From: Okeania sp.
GTDB lineage: Bacteria > Cyanobacteriota > Cyanobacteriia > Cyanobacteriales > Microcoleaceae
NCBI RefSeq assembly: GCF_035285525.1
Contig: NZ_JAYKGW010000057.1
Coordinates: forward strand, 1-6,458
Length of the DNA stretch: 6,458 bases
Direction: 5' to 3'
Translations under genes and position numbers: made by a program
In this document: piece by piece, positions 4,990 through 6,458 of the stretch
Layout of the letters: every line of letters begins with the position of its first letter
Numbering within the stretch: position 1 is the first letter of the stretch
The notes under the pieces: model-generated
Databases searched by the model: none
What the model saw: only the letters and a program-made list of their open reading frames with translations
What the model was told of the DNA's origin: nothing

Positions 4990-5221
4990 TACACCTAAAG
5001 AAAAGTATCACTAAAAAAATTGATTTGAGATATTTTAATCCTCCTTTACTATTATTCAAAAATTATCCTACACACTAGATTTGATTTAGGGTTGATTTGT
5101 TTCAGATCATTCCAGAAATCCTGGCCAAAATCTAAAATCCAAAAAAAATCTTTACCTCAAATTTAGCTTTGATGACCAGAACCATATAATACTCTGGAAA
5201 TAATATCAGAAATTATTTATC

Positions 5222-5250
5222 ATAGCACTGTTTTTTTCATTTGGTATAAT
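5222..5250 (+). promoter_or_regulatory. Candidate extended -10 promoter for ccdA
   Basis: TGgTATAAT at 5242-5250 (the TGnTATAAT extended -10 form), with a weak -35 ATAGCA (5222-5227). This would give a leader of about 170 nt containing the hairpin TTGGAG (5353-5358) / CTCCAA (5368-5373). Confidence 0.35.
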
Positions 5251-5426
5251 ACATTAGTCTGAAAAAAGCTGACCAACCTTTCAGTTATGAGTTATCAGTA
5301 CTTCCTGGAATAAACAAACTGGAAATACTGAAGTTTCTTTTCTCTTGGTGAATTGGAGATGGACAACCTCCAACCAGATTGCTATATAAATATTTAAGCA
5401 ATAAAAATATATTAATAAATAAAATT

Positions 5427-6152
5427 ATGGAAACTATCCTAACTTTTCTCTACGAAACCGCGCAATATGCAAATACTTTAGTTAAGACTCAATTAACACA
5501 TCTAAGTTTGGTAAGTTTAGTCATTATTTTTGCTGCTGGTTTATTAACCAGTCTGACTCCTTGTATGCTTTCCATGCTACCAATAACTATTGGTTATATT
5601 GGAGGATATGAAGCCAAAAGTCGTATTCAAGCAGCAGCTCAATCTACTTGGTTTTCCCTGGGGTTAGCTACTACTTTAGCAGGATTAGGAATTATAGCAT
5701 CATTGTTGGGAAAAGTCTATGGTCAAGTAGGTATAGGATTACCAATTATTGTTAGTATAATTGCTATTTTAATGGGGCTTAATTTATTAGAAGCTTTGCC
5801 ATTGCCAATGCCATCTTTTGATAGTATGGGATGGATTTCTTCAGATTTACCTAAAGGAGTACGTTCTTATTTATTGGGTTTAACTTTTGGTTTAATTGCG
5901 TCTCCCTGTAGCACTCCTGTATTAGCAACATTATTAGCTTGGGTTTCGACTACTGGAGATTTAATTTTAGGTGGAGTTTTATTATTATTTTATGCTATTG
6001 GTTATGTAACTCCTTTGATATTAGCTGGCACTTTTACAGCTAATATTAAAAAGTTTTTGGAATTAAGAAAATGGTCTAGTTGGATTACACCTGTTAGTGG
6101 AATTTTATTGGTTAGTTTTGGTGTATTTTCCCTTTTATTTAGAGTTGTTTAA
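5427..6152 (+). CDS. ccdA: Cytochrome c biogenesis protein CcdA (DsbD-family thiol-disulfide transmembrane electron transporter)
   Basis: The track ORF 5379-6152 begins at TTG with a K/N/I-rich extension. The first ATG (5427, METILTFLYE...) gives 241 aa, which fits CcdA. Multi-TM protein with the two signature cysteines in LTSLTPCMLSMLP and ASPCSTPVLA. Confidence 0.85.
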   Translation: METILTFLYETAQYANTLVKTQLTHLSLVSLVIIFAAGLLTSLTPCMLSMLPITIGYIGGYEAKSRIQAAAQSTWFSLGLATTLAGLGIIASLLGKVYGQVGIGLPIIVSIIAILMGLNLLEALPLPMPSFDSMGWISSDLPKGVRSYLLGLTFGLIASPCSTPVLATLLAWVSTTGDLILGGVLLLFYAIGYVTPLILAGTFTANIKKFLELRKWSSWITPVSGILLVSFGVFSLLFRVV

Positions 6153-6171
6153 AAATAGGGAGTCGAGACCA

Positions 6172-6203
6172 GGGAAGTTCGCATTTTTTTTATGGAACTT
6201 CCC
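6172..6203 (+). other. 9-bp inverted repeat with a T-rich loop, 20 nt after the ccdA stop
   Basis: GGGAAGTTC (6172-6180) / GAACTTCCC (6195-6203) with the 14-nt loop gcattttttttatg. No T-run follows the stem, so it is not a canonical terminator. Confidence 0.4.
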
Positions 6204-6273
6204 TACGAGGTTATTATTCTTTTTAATATTCATTAACCTGAAAAATTTTGTAAATAGGTTATATTTAATTGTA

Positions 6274-6300
6274 GGAATTTGGTTTCCAAATCCCATTTTT
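6274..6300 (+). terminator. Intrinsic-terminator-like hairpin downstream of ccdA; member of the 2140-2256 hairpin family
   Basis: GGAATTTGG (6274-6282), ttt, CCAAATCCC (6286-6294), a, TTTTT (6296-6300). The architecture matches unit A at 2140-2160 (6 bp, an A x C mismatch, then 2 bp), with a G-C to A-T compensatory change at the fourth stem position. Confidence 0.5.
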
Positions 6301-6440
6301 GCTTGGGTTTGAAGTAGAGTTATTTATTGCCTAATTTCTGACTTTTTGTACATTAACGAAAATATGCTTTTTCCCAAATAAATATAATCAACGAATCTCT
6401 AAAAGATAGTCAAATTATCACTTGATTATAGAATGAAATA

Positions 6441-6458
6441 GTTCTGGGTTGGTCTCCC
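6441..6458 (-). repeat. Truncated inverted copy of the same hairpin family at the window edge
   Basis: The minus strand reads GGGAGACCAACCCAGAAC, compared with unit B GGAGACCAAACCCAAAC (loop plus right arm). The left arm would lie beyond position 6458. Confidence 0.35.

Noticed and set aside
5078-5150. Imperfect palindrome built from GATTT repeats (left) and AAATC repeats (right) in the TA/ccdA divergent spacer
   Set aside because: The complementarity is low-complexity and heavily interrupted. It could be a binding-site cluster, but it is equally explained by simple-sequence bias. Not strong enough to report.
5379-5426. N-terminal extension of ccdA from TTG 5379 (MLYKYLSNKNILINKI)
   Set aside because: The K/N/I-rich extension is just translated AT-rich leader. 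The ATG at 5427 gives an N-terminus and length typical of CcdA, so I call 5427 as the start (not experimentally certain).
6097-6312. 71-aa + strand ORF from the track (MEFYWLVLVYFPFYLELF...)
   Set aside because: It overlaps the last 56 nt of ccdA out of frame, then runs across the post-ccdA inverted repeat and the terminator-like hairpin. The F/L/N-rich low-complexity translation is typical of AT-rich noncoding DNA.
6383-6430. 9-bp inverted repeat TATAATCAA / TTGATTATA with a 30-nt spacer
   Set aside because: It is almost AT-only and lies in a very AT-rich stretch. It is probably chance or -10-like hexamers, with no flanking T-run and no conservation evidence available.

Overview
This is an AT-rich chromosomal segment that looks like a filamentous, Nostocales-type cyanobacterium. 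The hallmarks are HIP1 octamers GCGATCGC inside coding sequence, heptameric STRR-type arrays, a KGK-domain gene and system II cytochrome c maturation genes. Gene order: KGK-domain protein (-, partial, 1-277); 729-bp ORF-free repeat-rich spacer; ccsA (-, 1007-2062); 453-bp divergent spacer with three tandem terminator-like hairpins; orphan GT-B/GT4-like glycosyltransferase (+, 2516-3670); 657-bp ORF-free spacer with a twin-hairpin structured core; MazF/PemK-like toxin (-, 4328-4687) overlapping a ribbon-helix-helix antitoxin (-, 4681-4935) with a near-consensus promoter; 491-bp divergent spacer; ccdA (+, best start 5427, to 6152); terminator region. I do not see a novel multi-gene protein system. 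The coding content is explained as two housekeeping cytochrome c biogenesis genes separated by an accessory glycosyltransferase plus a type II TA islet. The gene calls leave roughly 40% of the window noncoding, and that fraction is unusually structured. It holds (i) a GGGTTTGG/CCAAACCC hairpin-plus-T-run family present as a 3-unit tandem array and again after ccdA with a compensatory base-pair change, (ii) two paralogous ~120-nt long-hairpin elements, (iii) three TTCCCTG heptamer arrays, two of them placed just 5' of start codons, and (iv) a twin-hairpin candidate RNA in the 3671-4327 gap. All functional readings of these elements are inference from sequence only.
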